This document shows, piece after piece, positions 37,296-46,830 of a stretch of DNA of 64,000 bases. The translations under genes and the position numbers were made by a program. The notes under the pieces are model-generated. The model searched no databases, was not told the DNA's origin, and worked only from the letters and a program-made list of their open reading frames with translations. The stretch is from a virus (taxonomy: Duplodnaviria; Caudoviricetes): positions 756-64,755 of IMG/VR virus record IMGVR_UViG_2838042994_000001. One strand, written 5' to 3'. Position 1 is the stretch's first letter; each line of letters begins with the position of its first letter.

Positions 37296-39096
37296 TGGCG
37301 GCTTTGCGTTTTGGTGCAGCGTCGGCCATGATCGCGCCCACGCACGCCTTCATTTTTGCGACAGACACTGCATTGCCGATTTGCTTGATCTGCTCGGTTT
37401 TCGTGCCGGCAAACTCATAGGTGAATTCTTCCGTGGTGAAGCCCATGGCGGCGGCCAGTTCATGCGGCTCCAGCATGCGGAATAGGATATCGAACTCAGG
37501 CCCGGGCTCGACGAGATTGACATGGCCAGTGGCGGCGATCGTCGGAGTTGGCTGGCCGATGTCATGGATGCGCGGCGCCTGGCCTTCCCGCTCTCCGAAC
37601 TGCGCGGCGATGAATGCCAGTTCACCCCGGTTTGCAGTCGTCAACGTTGGAAGCGGATCGTTGTCGACATTGCGGGCACGGTTGCTGCTGTCCGAATGGG
37701 TGATTGGAACTACCATCCCGAACCGGCCCTTGCTGGTGATTGTCGGCAAGGTATCGTCAACGCTGTTGCAGGTCTCGCCAGAACCAGAGCCGTAATAGGG
37801 CGAGATGAGCGCGTGCGCGCCACCGGTCGGCGCCGTCGGAATTGGATCGCTGACGCCACGCGGTGAACCGCCTGATGCTTGCGACAGAACGAACGGCTCA
37901 ACAAGCATTGGCCTGGCGCACCCTGGCCGCTCGTCGTTCGCCGCTCCACCGGTCGTAATTGTCGGAAGAGGATCATTCGCCGAACGCGCCGCGCCGCTGT
38001 TGTGCTGCGAAAGCACCATCGGTTCCGCAAGCCAGACGCCGCCCTTTGTGTCCAGCGTTGGGATCAGACCTTCCGAGACGCCCTCGGCCTTGTTGCCTTT
38101 GCGCCCGTTCATGATGATGGGCTCGGCAACGGCGATATGGCTTGCGGCCGACGTTATGGTTGGCAGTGGAACGGCTGCACTTCCAGGCGATGTCGCCTTC
38201 TTCATGTTGACGATGACAGGCTCGGCAAGTGCGATATGGGTGCCCCTCGCCGCTATCGTCGGAAGCGGCTGGTCCATCCCTTGGGCGGACATGTGATTGC
38301 GCAGGATGACGAGATAAGGCTCCGGCCAACCGAACTTCTGGGCGCCGGCATAGATGCGCGCCAGGGTCTTCGGTGCGAGCGGTTTTTTGCGATTGAAGAT
38401 TGATCGGCCCTTGATCTGCCAGTCGATGATCTCGCGTGCCGGGCGCCACGGTTTGACGCCAGAGAACAGGTCAGCATTCACCGCGTCGCGTTTCTTGTGC
38501 GTCGGCATGGGCCAGCGGATTTTGCGTCCATCGGAACGGCCCATGAGGATAAATCTCTGGCGGGTGGTGGCATCGCCGTAGTCGGCCGCGTTGAGTTTGC
38601 GCCACTCCAGTTCGAAGCCTAGGCGTCGCAGCGTCTCCGTCCACGCGTGGAAATATTCACCCTTGCGCGATGCGATCGGTTTGCCAGTCTTCGCATTGAC
38701 CGGGCCCCAGCCGATAAACTCCCATACGTTCTCGATGATGATCCGCTTCACCCGCAGCTCGGTCAGCCAGGTGATGATGTGCCACGGATCGCTGCGCTGC
38801 TGGTCGCTGGTCGGCTTGCCGCCACGCGCTACTGAATGGTGCGTGCAGGTGGGCGACGCCATAAGCAGGTCGAGATATCCTTCCGGCACGAGGATGTGCG
38901 GCCGCACAGTCGCTATGTCCTGGACGTAGTGTCGAGCCTCGCGGTGGTTGCGCTGATGAGTGTCGATCGCGACATCCCAATGGTTGACGCACACGAGCTC
39001 CATCTCGAGGCCGAGTTCGGCAAGAGCGCGCTGCGCCCCTGTCGACGATCCGCCGGCGCCGCATAGAAGATCAGCCACAAGCATTTTGCGAGCCAA
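37258..39096 (-). CDS. DNA cytosine-5 methyltransferase
   Basis: DLLCGAGG, ASPTC, IENV, QIGNAV motifs; TTG start. Confidence 0.9.
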   Translation of the reverse strand: MARKMLVADLLCGAGGSSTGAQRALAELGLEMELVCVNHWDVAIDTHQRNHREARHYVQDIATVRPHILVPEGYLDLLMASPTCTHHSVARGGKPTSDQQRSDPWHIITWLTELRVKRIIIENVWEFIGWGPVNAKTGKPIASRKGEYFHAWTETLRRLGFELEWRKLNAADYGDATTRQRFILMGRSDGRKIRWPMPTHKKRDAVNADLFSGVKPWRPAREIIDWQIKGRSIFNRKKPLAPKTLARIYAGAQKFGWPEPYLVILRNHMSAQGMDQPLPTIAARGTHIALAEPVIVNMKKATSPGSAAVPLPTITSAASHIAVAEPIIMNGRKGNKAEGVSEGLIPTLDTKGGVWLAEPMVLSQHNSGAARSANDPLPTITTGGAANDERPGCARPMLVEPFVLSQASGGSPRGVSDPIPTAPTGGAHALISPYYGSGSGETCNSVDDTLPTITSKGRFGMVVPITHSDSSNRARNVDNDPLPTLTTANRGELAFIAAQFGEREGQAPRIHDIGQPTPTIAATGHVNLVEPGPEFDILFRMLEPHELAAAMGFTTEEFTYEFAGTKTEQIKQIGNAVSVAKMKACVGAIMADAAPKRKAANDNIPEISIAAA

Positions 39097-39159
39097 AGTT
39101 TTCTCCTCAGATTTGTGATGTTTCGGTCTTGCGCTGGTGAGGCGCGTATTCAGTGGTGG

Positions 39160-39528
39160 TTAGAAAGGTGCGCTGGCTAAAGCAGCCCGCAACGCACGCG
39201 CGCACCCCTCCCACGCTGCCTTCACCAACATCCTCTGATCAAGCTCGTCATAGACGGATAGCTCCGTGCCGATGCCGCGCTCCGCAATCCACTCACCAAC
39301 CGCATCAACGCCGCCATCCAGGGCGGCGAGTTCGTAGTCATCGAGCCGGCGAATTTTCTTGTAGTCGTCGATCGCCACGATGCACCTCCGACACAAGTAT
39401 TGGGGGTCGCCTTTTGGGTTGGGGTTGACGCCCAGCGCCACGGCTCGCATGCCGCAGCAAAAGCAGGTTGTGGGATCCCCGGCGGCGTCAACCGTCGGGG
39501 TGAATGCGGTTTTGGGCATGGTGGTCAT
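39160..39528 (-). CDS. Hypothetical zinc-binding protein
   Basis: CFCCG...CRRC; ATGA overlap. Confidence 0.6.
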   Translation of the reverse strand: MTTMPKTAFTPTVDAAGDPTTCFCCGMRAVALGVNPNPKGDPQYLCRRCIVAIDDYKKIRRLDDYELAALDGGVDAVGEWIAERGIGTELSVYDELDQRMLVKAAWEGCARALRAALASAPF

Positions 39529-40565
39529 GCTGCGGCCTTCGCAGGCGCGTTGTCATTGGCAGCTGCGAACAGGTCTGCCACCGGCTGATCTATGGTGCCG
39601 AGCGCTGCAATGTTCTTTGCGGCCTGGCGGAAGTAGGACGGCTTCAATTCGAAGCCTACGCCGCGCCTGCCCATCTCGACGGCCGAATAGACCTCGCTGC
39701 CGATGCCAAGGAACGGCGTTAGAACCGTTTCGCCCGGCAAACTCCACAGATCGATGCATCGCTCGATGACGTCGAGTTGCAGCGGCGAGATATGCTGCTC
39801 GTCCTGCTCGTCGCGCGCCGACCGATATTGCAGCGTGCGCGTCTGGCGAATGTCGCTCCACACTGGCGAGGCGTAGCGCTGCCAGACAAAAACCGATCGC
39901 CACTGCTCGAAGCTCCATGGCGTGCGACCAGCGGCAATCGTCTCCGCGGCGTGCCGATCGTACGCCTCGCGGCTGACGTCTAGTGTTTCATCACCGACCC
40001 AGCAATCGAACATGCCATCAACCGGCTCCGGATTGTCGCCGGGCTTGCGGAAGGAAACGATATAGTCGGCAAGCCCCTGCCCGCTGATGCAGCTGTCCTT
40101 GGTGATCTGTTTGTGCAGCAGGCGGATCGATTTCGTGCGCTGCTGCGCAACGACGGGATCCTTCCAGATGCAAACTTCCGAATGGAAGATCCAGCCGGCG
40201 TCCTCGTAGGCGCGGATGATCTCGCCGCGGAAGTCGCGCATGCCGATGAAGCCGTTGCGTCTCTTGCTGGTCGGGAGCTGCATGCAATGAACGGAGTGGA
40301 CCCTCCCCGGCTTCGTCACGCGCAGCAACTCCTGGATCAGAAAGGCGTAGTGCTGCCAAAAGTCCTCGCCCTCGTTGTTGCTGATGTCGCGATCAGAGCT
40401 ACTAAAGCGGTAAAGTCCTTCGAAGGGCGGCGAGTGAATGCCAAAGTGCACGCTGTCACCGGGGATCGCGCGGATCAACTCGCACGAGTCACCCTCGTAG
40501 ATCGCGTAGTCGTCAGTGATGACTTGGTTAACGGCATTGATGCCTGCGGTCACGGTATGGTTCAT
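39525..40565 (-). CDS. DNA N6-adenine/N4-cytosine methyltransferase
   Basis: SPPF catalytic motif before PFLGIGSE motif I (beta arrangement). Confidence 0.88.
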   Translation of the reverse strand: MNHTVTAGINAVNQVITDDYAIYEGDSCELIRAIPGDSVHFGIHSPPFEGLYRFSSSDRDISNNEGEDFWQHYAFLIQELLRVTKPGRVHSVHCMQLPTSKRRNGFIGMRDFRGEIIRAYEDAGWIFHSEVCIWKDPVVAQQRTKSIRLLHKQITKDSCISGQGLADYIVSFRKPGDNPEPVDGMFDCWVGDETLDVSREAYDRHAAETIAAGRTPWSFEQWRSVFVWQRYASPVWSDIRQTRTLQYRSARDEQDEQHISPLQLDVIERCIDLWSLPGETVLTPFLGIGSEVYSAVEMGRRGVGFELKPSYFRQAAKNIAALGTIDQPVADLFAAANDNAPAKAAA

Positions 40566-41050
40566 GATGCCCTCGCGAATTCTGGTTGGATACTGTTTGC
40601 GGCGCGCATGTACGCGTCGTGAGCCTTCTTCGGGTCCGTGTAGAGGCCGAGGTATCTCGACTTCCCATCGAGGTAGATTTGCGCAGACCATTTCTGTGCC
40701 TTCTTGTGCCAACTAACGCCCTTGAAGCCACTCGTGCTGTTCGACGCCAACTTTGCATTGAGGACGTTCTGCTGGTCTGTAGCAGGTCGCAGATTTGACC
40801 ATCTGTTGTTCAGGCGATCACCGTCGGCATGGTCTACTGTGTCTGGCGTCTCCTCGCCCATCCAAGTGAATGCCAGGCGGTGCGCGTAGAGCAGCTTTCC
40901 CCCGATCCCGATGACGATGTATCCGCTGAGATTGATTGCCCCAGCATGGCGGCCAACAACCACTTTATTGCTAGTCTTCTTGGCCCAAGTGAAGATCCCC
41001 GTATCGGGATCGTAGTGCAGTATTTCCCGCAGTTGTTCAGTGGTGATCAA
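40562..41050 (-). CDS. HNH homing endonuclease with AP2-like domain
   Basis: YAHRL...VDHADGDRLNNRWSNL; GFKGVSW...YLGLY. Confidence 0.88.
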   Translation of the reverse strand: MITTEQLREILHYDPDTGIFTWAKKTSNKVVVGRHAGAINLSGYIVIGIGGKLLYAHRLAFTWMGEETPDTVDHADGDRLNNRWSNLRPATDQQNVLNAKLASNSTSGFKGVSWHKKAQKWSAQIYLDGKSRYLGLYTDPKKAHDAYMRAANSIQPEFARAS

Positions 41051-42465
41051 AGCTCACATCCTAGCCATGTTGGGATCTGCATCGGGATTTTCGGATCGTA
41101 GCTTGCCTTCTCGCGCGCCTGCGCATTGATGGCTGCCTTGGTGATGTTGGCAGTGTGGAGCACCATCGCTGCCGCCATGCGGTCTGCATCCGCCTCCTTG
41201 CGCTTCAGGTTGGCGACGACAGCGCCCTCGGTCTCCGCCGCAATGAAATGCGCCGTGACTTCGTTCTGCTGTCCGAAACGCCAGAACCGGCGCACCGCCT
41301 GATAAACCTGTTCGAAGCTGTCATTGAGGCCGACAAAACCGGTATCGGCGCAGTGCTGCCAGTTCATGCCGAAACCGGCGATCGACGGCTTGGTGACGAG
41401 AACGCGGATGCGCCCCTCGCTGAAGTCGATCAGCTTCCGCTCTTTGACGTCTTCCTTGTCAGAGCCGCGCACTTCGACGGCGCCTGGAATGGCGGCTGTC
41501 AGCGCTTCGCTTTCGGCATTGAGGTTGCACCACCAGACGAACGGCCGATCGGTTGGTGTCAGGCTGGCCGCATGCGCGACACGATCGCCGACGCTATCGC
41601 GACGAGCCTTGATGCGTTCCTGCAACGTGGATGCACGGCCACCGACCAGATCAGCGGTGTCAACCGGCATTGTCACCGTATGGTGAATTTGATGCAGCGC
41701 CGGCAGTTGGTAGGCGCCATCGTCATATCCGAGATCCGACGGCTTGCGCAGCATGATGGCCCACGACGCCATCCAACGCCAGAAGTCGTTTTCGGCATGA
41801 CCTTTCAGCCGCCACTTCTGCGTCTCGCCGCCATCATGCGCGAAGAATGTGGCGAGCATATCCGAATAGGACATGATGCCGAGGAATTCTGCATGGTTGC
41901 CGAGCTCCATGAAGTCGTTCGGCGCCGGCGTTGCGGTTGCCGCAAGCCGGAACGGAATGCCGTGGCACGCCTCAACCAGTTCATTGCGGTAGTGGCCGGA
42001 CTCGGACTTAAGAATGCTGCTCTCGTCGAGGATCACGCCGGCGAACCGATCAAGATTGAAATGCTCGATCTTCTGATAGTTGGTGATGTTGATGCCCGGG
42101 CCTACGTCGGATTGGGACCGAACATGGCGCGCCGGAATGCCGAACTTCTCCGCCTCGCGCACCATCTGCGCGGCGACGGCCAACGGCGCGAAGTGCAGTA
42201 TGTCGCCCTGCGTGGCGGCGCTGACGGCCTGACCCCATGACAATTCCATGAGGCTCTTGCCGAGACCTGTTCCGGCAAACAGAGCCGCACGGCCGCGCTT
42301 TAGCGCCCATGTGACGATGTCGCGCTGGAATGGAAAAAGAACCGATGGCAGTTCTGGAATCTCGGTTAGACCAGTCGGCGGATCCAGGATCGCCTTTCTG
42401 GCCAGGAACGCGGCGTATGCGTCCGCCTGCGCCGATGGCGCGATGTTCTGGGTCATAATGCCCAT
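41047..42465 (-). CDS. SF2 (SNF2/DEAD-like) helicase
   Basis: GTGLGKS, LDESS, TATP, QAVRRFWRFGQ. Confidence 0.85.
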   Translation of the reverse strand: MGIMTQNIAPSAQADAYAAFLARKAILDPPTGLTEIPELPSVLFPFQRDIVTWALKRGRAALFAGTGLGKSLMELSWGQAVSAATQGDILHFAPLAVAAQMVREAEKFGIPARHVRSQSDVGPGINITNYQKIEHFNLDRFAGVILDESSILKSESGHYRNELVEACHGIPFRLAATATPAPNDFMELGNHAEFLGIMSYSDMLATFFAHDGGETQKWRLKGHAENDFWRWMASWAIMLRKPSDLGYDDGAYQLPALHQIHHTVTMPVDTADLVGGRASTLQERIKARRDSVGDRVAHAASLTPTDRPFVWWCNLNAESEALTAAIPGAVEVRGSDKEDVKERKLIDFSEGRIRVLVTKPSIAGFGMNWQHCADTGFVGLNDSFEQVYQAVRRFWRFGQQNEVTAHFIAAETEGAVVANLKRKEADADRMAAAMVLHTANITKAAINAQAREKASYDPKIPMQIPTWLGCEL

Positions 42466-42561
42466 TGGCTATTGTCTCCTCAGACTGTGGTGCGTCCCGC
42501 GCGTTGGTGGCGCGCGGTATGGTGTATGTTATGGTGGCGTTCACTCAACGAAAGGCCGGCG

Positions 42562-42855
42562 ATGACACCGTTTCAATCGAGAAAGCTAAAAAAATCATTC
42601 GCTTCGCGGCATGCATTTATAGACAAGCCAGAGCCGTTCAACGTCAAGGTTATGTCATGGCCGGCGCCATGGAATGGATCGGACGAGTACATCAATTTCG
42701 CGTTCGATATCGGCAGGAAGGTGAACGAAGAAATCATTCACCTTCGAATTCACAAGTCCGATTACTCTGAGATCATGAAAACCATGCTGAATATTGATCG
42801 CGAGGCCACGATCAAAGCGTTTGCCGAAGCAATACTCTCAGTGCCGCCAGACTGA
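42562..42855 (+). CDS. Opposite-strand hypothetical protein (moron-like)
   Basis: AT-richer ORF converging on 42856 gene; AAAGG RBS. Confidence 0.55.
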   Translation: MTPFQSRKLKKSFASRHAFIDKPEPFNVKVMSWPAPWNGSDEYINFAFDIGRKVNEEIIHLRIHKSDYSEIMKTMLNIDREATIKAFAEAILSVPPD

Positions 42856-43383
42856 TCAAGCCGCCCTCACCGAAATCGTATCGTCTCCGGTCTTGATCTG
42901 CGCGCCTTTGACCTTCTTACCGGCATCGAGCGCTTCTTTAATGAGCCCCTTATCCGGCGTCTTCACGACCTTGAGGAAGCGCGCCGGCACTGCGGCCTCG
43001 TCTGTGATTTCGACGCTGTCACGGCCTTTGGTGATGGAGATAGTTGCTTCGGTCAGCGGCACTTTGGGCAGGCCGGCCGCTTTCAGAAGACGCAGCATGA
43101 GCGCGCGCATCGCGGCCTGCCGGCGCTCCTGGCGCTTCTTGCGGGCGTCGAGCTCGTCTGCTCGCTTCTTGATGGCGGCAATCATGGAGTTGGCCTCACG
43201 CTCCTGCGCCAGCAGCTTGCCGAGCACTTCGTAGGCGTTGGTCTGGCCTTCGATGGTGTCGGCGCGGAGCGTATCGTCTTCGGCAAGCTCTGGGAATGCG
43301 GCCAGCATGTCAGCGAAAGCGGCCTCGAGATCGGCGACGTCGACGGCGAGAAATCTGGTGTTGTCGTTTGCGGGTTTGGTCAT
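42856..43383 (-). CDS. Siphovirus Gp157-like protein
   Basis: DTIEG...coiled coil...VEITDE...PDK...IKEAL...GA. Confidence 0.8.
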   Translation of the reverse strand: MTKPANDNTRFLAVDVADLEAAFADMLAAFPELAEDDTLRADTIEGQTNAYEVLGKLLAQEREANSMIAAIKKRADELDARKKRQERRQAAMRALMLRLLKAAGLPKVPLTEATISITKGRDSVEITDEAAVPARFLKVVKTPDKGLIKEALDAGKKVKGAQIKTGDDTISVRAA

Positions 43384-43565
43384 GCGGACACCACGCGGTA
43401 CCTAGCAACGTCACGATCATTCCGCGTGCTCCAGCGGATTTCATCGCTGTATTCTTCATACCGCATGCCGTTCTTGAGGATTACCTCAAGCAGCACCTCG
43501 TCAGCGACAGGCTGCTTGCCGCCGGCCCATTCAATCCAGCCGGTCTCGGCTCTTCTCTCGCTCAT
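43380..43565 (-). CDS. Small hypothetical protein (WIEWAGG motif)
   Basis: GAGGAG RBS; GTGA/ATGA coupling. Confidence 0.6.
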   Translation of the reverse strand: MSERRAETGWIEWAGGKQPVADEVLLEVILKNGMRYEEYSDEIRWSTRNDRDVARYRVVSA

Positions 43566-43614
43566 TTCAGTCTCCTCACGTGGTGGTGTTGTGGTTGTCG
43601 CGCTAGTTGGGCGC

Positions 43615-44115
43615 TTAGGATTTCGCCCAAAGGGCAACGTCATCAAAATGCACAGGCATAAAACCGATGCTTTCGACGGACATATCGCGATGGAAGCCCT
43701 CAAGCCCCTCAAGGTTGCCGTGAACGTGCCCATGCAAATTCTTGGTGCCGTGCCGCAACTGGTCGAATCGCATCGGAATGTGAGATGCAGTGAAACCTTC
43801 GTCACGGAATTGCCGCCACAGCGCGATGCGCTGAAAGATCCCCGCCGCCGCAAGAGACGGAATGTCGTCGTGATTTCCGACAATTAGGCGGATAGCGCCA
43901 TTGAGCTTCGGACGCACGCGCTTTGCATCTTCGGTCTTCCAGGCAAAATCGCCCAAGTGATAGACGAGATCCTGCGGCTTTACCGCCGAATTCCAGTTCT
44001 CAATAATCACTTCTTCCATCTCGCCCACCGATGAGAACTGCGGCCTACAATAGGTGATGATATTGTTGTGACCAAAGTGGGTATCACTTATGAACCATAC
44101 ATTTCTTGCCGTCAC
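43615..44115 (-). CDS. Calcineurin-like metallophosphoesterase
   Basis: SDTHFGH, LGDF, GNHD, SHIP, HGHVH. Confidence 0.9.
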   Translation of the reverse strand: MTARNVWFISDTHFGHNNIITYCRPQFSSVGEMEEVIIENWNSAVKPQDLVYHLGDFAWKTEDAKRVRPKLNGAIRLIVGNHDDIPSLAAAGIFQRIALWRQFRDEGFTASHIPMRFDQLRHGTKNLHGHVHGNLEGLEGFHRDMSVESIGFMPVHFDDVALWAKS

Positions 44116-44166
44116 TGGCGTCTCCTCACGTGGTGTAATTTGGTAGCCTCACCGTGGTGTAAATTT

Positions 44167-44179
44167 ACAAATTTGTCAA
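44167..44179 (-). promoter_or_regulatory. ACAAATTTGT operator overlapping TTGACA
   Basis: Intergenic, upstream of 43615..44115. Confidence 0.7.
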
Positions 44180-44181
44180 TC

Positions 44182-45960
44182 TCAGAACTGGATATCGTCG
44201 TCCAATTCCCACCGCTCGGCATAGCTGCGATTGTCGTTTGCCGGGGCCTGCACCCGCTCCACGCGCTCGCCGACAACATGCGAAACCACATCCCAATATC
44301 GATCTCGCGGCTTGACCATGATTTCGGCGGTCTCGGCGAGCTCGTCCTGGCGCTCCAGCCACTCGATCGGCGTTTTCGGGAACGGCCGCTGGCCGCCATG
44401 CGCCAGCCAGTATCGATCGGCCTTTGACTTGGCAAAACCGGTGTGCTGCGGACAGACCCACTCGTTGATTGCGGTCATCCCGACCATGTAGGTGACCTTG
44501 ACCGATGGCGGCTTGTCACCCTTGCCTTCGTGGAAGCGGAACGTTCTGCTACTCACCGTGCGCGGCTCTGGCTCAACCGTCGTCATGATCGGGACGTCCG
44601 CCGCGTGTGCCGCGATCTTCGGGCTGTCGTCGATATCGAACTCATACGAGCAGCAAGGGCATGTGCGCGCTGACGCATGCACCTTCTCGCCGCAGCCGAC
44701 GCGGCCATGCTTGTCTTCGCTCTCGAGCGGGCAGATCTTGATTGGCGCCTCGCCATCGCCGCTGCCAGGCTCTTTCGGCTGCACCATGTCTACCGGGCCA
44801 TGTTTGTCGACGAGACCGGCGAAATCGAGCACCAGGCAAGACGGCTTCGGCCCGGCCGCGATAGCTGCGCGCCGCTCCTCCGGCGTGTCCAGCGACATTC
44901 CCGGAGCGTAGAGCACACGCGTGCCGCGGCCGGCCATCTGCAGATACAGCGACGCCGAGAGCGTCGGTCGCAGGAAGGCCAGCAGATCGACGCCCTTATG
45001 GTTGAAGCCCGTCGTCAGCACCGAATTGTTCGTCAAGGCGCGGATTCGGTAGGCCTTGAAGTCCTCGATAATGCGCCGGCGCTCTTCCTTCGGCGTCTCG
45101 CCGCTGATCATTTCACACGATACGCCACGCGAGCGGATTTCGTCGCGCACGTGCTCCGCATGCTCGACGCCAGAGCAGAAGCAGAGCCATGACCGCTTGT
45201 CCGCGCCCTTGGCCACGATCTCATCGACAGCCGAGCGCGTGACGTCCAGCTTGTCTACTGCGGCTTGCAGCGCCGACTGCTTGTAGTCGCCGCCCTGCCG
45301 GCCGACGCCCTTGGTGCTGAGCTCTATCGCGGTATGTTTCGAAGACAGTGGCGCCAGGTAGCCGTCGCGCACGCCGTCGGCTATGCCGTAGGTGTAGACG
45401 ACACGATCGAACATGCGATCGTCGCCCTCGTCGAGCCGGCCACTGTCAAGGCGAAAGGGCGTAGCCGTGAGGCCCACGATCTTCAAATCCGGATTGAGTT
45501 CGCGCAGCGCGGCAAAGAACTTACCGTACATGGTGTTGCTGTTCTTCGGAATGAGGTGGCACTCGTCGACCAGGACGATGTCGATCGGCTTCCTGGCAAC
45601 GCGCTCATTTGCCGCCACGTCACAGATCAGGTCAGCCTTGTCCCAAACCGTCTGGATCCCGGCAAAGATGATCTGGCTGCGCGCGTCGCGCCGATTGAGG
45701 CCGGCGCTGAAGATGCCAGCCGGCGCGAACGGCCAGATGCCGATGAGCTCGAGGAAGTTTTGCTCGATCAATTCCGCGACGTGCGTCACTACCATGATCC
45801 GCATGTCCGGCCAGCCCTCGACAAGTTGCTGGATGACGGTGGCCATGACCATGCTCTTGCCGGTTCCGGTCGCGAGATCGATCAGCGGGTTGCCGGCCTC
45901 TTCGCGCCAATAATCGAACAGCGCCGCAACGCTGTCCTCTTGGTAATAGCGCAGGGGCAT
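44182..45960 (-). CDS. SF2 helicase (RadD/UvsW-like) with C-terminal zinc ribbon
   Basis: LATGTGKS, DECH, TATP, QMAGRGTR, CP..C. Confidence 0.9.
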   Translation of the reverse strand: MPLRYYQEDSVAALFDYWREEAGNPLIDLATGTGKSMVMATVIQQLVEGWPDMRIMVVTHVAELIEQNFLELIGIWPFAPAGIFSAGLNRRDARSQIIFAGIQTVWDKADLICDVAANERVARKPIDIVLVDECHLIPKNSNTMYGKFFAALRELNPDLKIVGLTATPFRLDSGRLDEGDDRMFDRVVYTYGIADGVRDGYLAPLSSKHTAIELSTKGVGRQGGDYKQSALQAAVDKLDVTRSAVDEIVAKGADKRSWLCFCSGVEHAEHVRDEIRSRGVSCEMISGETPKEERRRIIEDFKAYRIRALTNNSVLTTGFNHKGVDLLAFLRPTLSASLYLQMAGRGTRVLYAPGMSLDTPEERRAAIAAGPKPSCLVLDFAGLVDKHGPVDMVQPKEPGSGDGEAPIKICPLESEDKHGRVGCGEKVHASARTCPCCSYEFDIDDSPKIAAHAADVPIMTTVEPEPRTVSSRTFRFHEGKGDKPPSVKVTYMVGMTAINEWVCPQHTGFAKSKADRYWLAHGGQRPFPKTPIEWLERQDELAETAEIMVKPRDRYWDVVSHVVGERVERVQAPANDNRSYAERWELDDDIQF

Positions 45961-46307
45961 CAGCGCACCTCCTCGAACGAAATACCGGCCGCGATCAGCC
46001 TGCGGCGCATGTCCGCTGTGCCGCGGCCGCCAGGGAAAACCATGCCGTAGTCGGGCTTGCCATCGTCGATCATCCACTGATTCCGGATGCCGCCAGCAGC
46101 TTTACCCAAGTTGTCCCAGTCGGCCGGATACGGATCCACGACGATTCCGCGACGTTGCGCCCAAGCCTTGGCTCGGACGTCCAAGCCGCGCGCCTCGCCC
46201 TCGATGAGTACAGACACAGGCTTGCGCTCGTGAAGCTCATCGAGCACTGCAAATATGCGCGCGGTCTCGCAGTAGTCTCGGCCGCCAGTTACTACTAGCC
46301 GCATCAC
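45960..46307 (-). CDS. SLOG/YspA-like (DUF2493) protein
   Basis: VTGGRDY...GEARGLD...AGGIRN...FPGGRGT. Confidence 0.8.
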   Translation of the reverse strand: MMRLVVTGGRDYCETARIFAVLDELHERKPVSVLIEGEARGLDVRAKAWAQRRGIVVDPYPADWDNLGKAAGGIRNQWMIDDGKPDYGMVFPGGRGTADMRRRLIAAGISFEEVR

Positions 46308-46807
46308 GCCGCCCTCGCTCGCAGCCGATCGCGCTCCTGCGCTTCGATCTGGCGCACGCGTTCCTTGCCTATACCGTACTTGGCGCCGATGAACTCAAGT
46401 GTCTCGCCCATGGCCCGAAGCATGACGATCTGGCCAGATCGGCCAGAACCCAGATCGGCAAGTGTTTCGTTAAGCTCGACGGCATCGGCTTGGTTCGGCG
46501 GCGTCATTACGGCTGCCATGGCGCGATCATCCGATACAGTCGGCATATGGCGCGATCTGACCTGCGCCTTGCGCCGGCCGTTCTGCGCGACATGGCGCAT
46601 TGTGAGCGTGATCCAGTTGTAGAAACCGCCGTCAGGCCGGAATGAGGTCCAGTGGGACAGGATATACGCCAGGCTTTCCTGAAACAGGTCTTCCTGCTCG
46701 GTTTTGTTGTTCGTCAACTTGCCGGCTAGGCGTTTGAGATGCGGGAAGTAGTTCATGAGCCGCGCATCAAATTCGGCGGGGCGCGCAGGTGCGTCCGTCT
46801 GTGTCAT
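46304..46807 (-). CDS. ECF-like sigma factor
   Basis: EDLFQE...FYNW region 2; GETLEFIGAKYGIGKERVRQIE region 4. Confidence 0.75.
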   Translation of the reverse strand: MTQTDAPARPAEFDARLMNYFPHLKRLAGKLTNNKTEQEDLFQESLAYILSHWTSFRPDGGFYNWITLTMRHVAQNGRRKAQVRSRHMPTVSDDRAMAAVMTPPNQADAVELNETLADLGSGRSGQIVMLRAMGETLEFIGAKYGIGKERVRQIEAQERDRLRARAA

Positions 46808-46830
46808 ATCGTCTCCTCTTGTGGTAGCGG

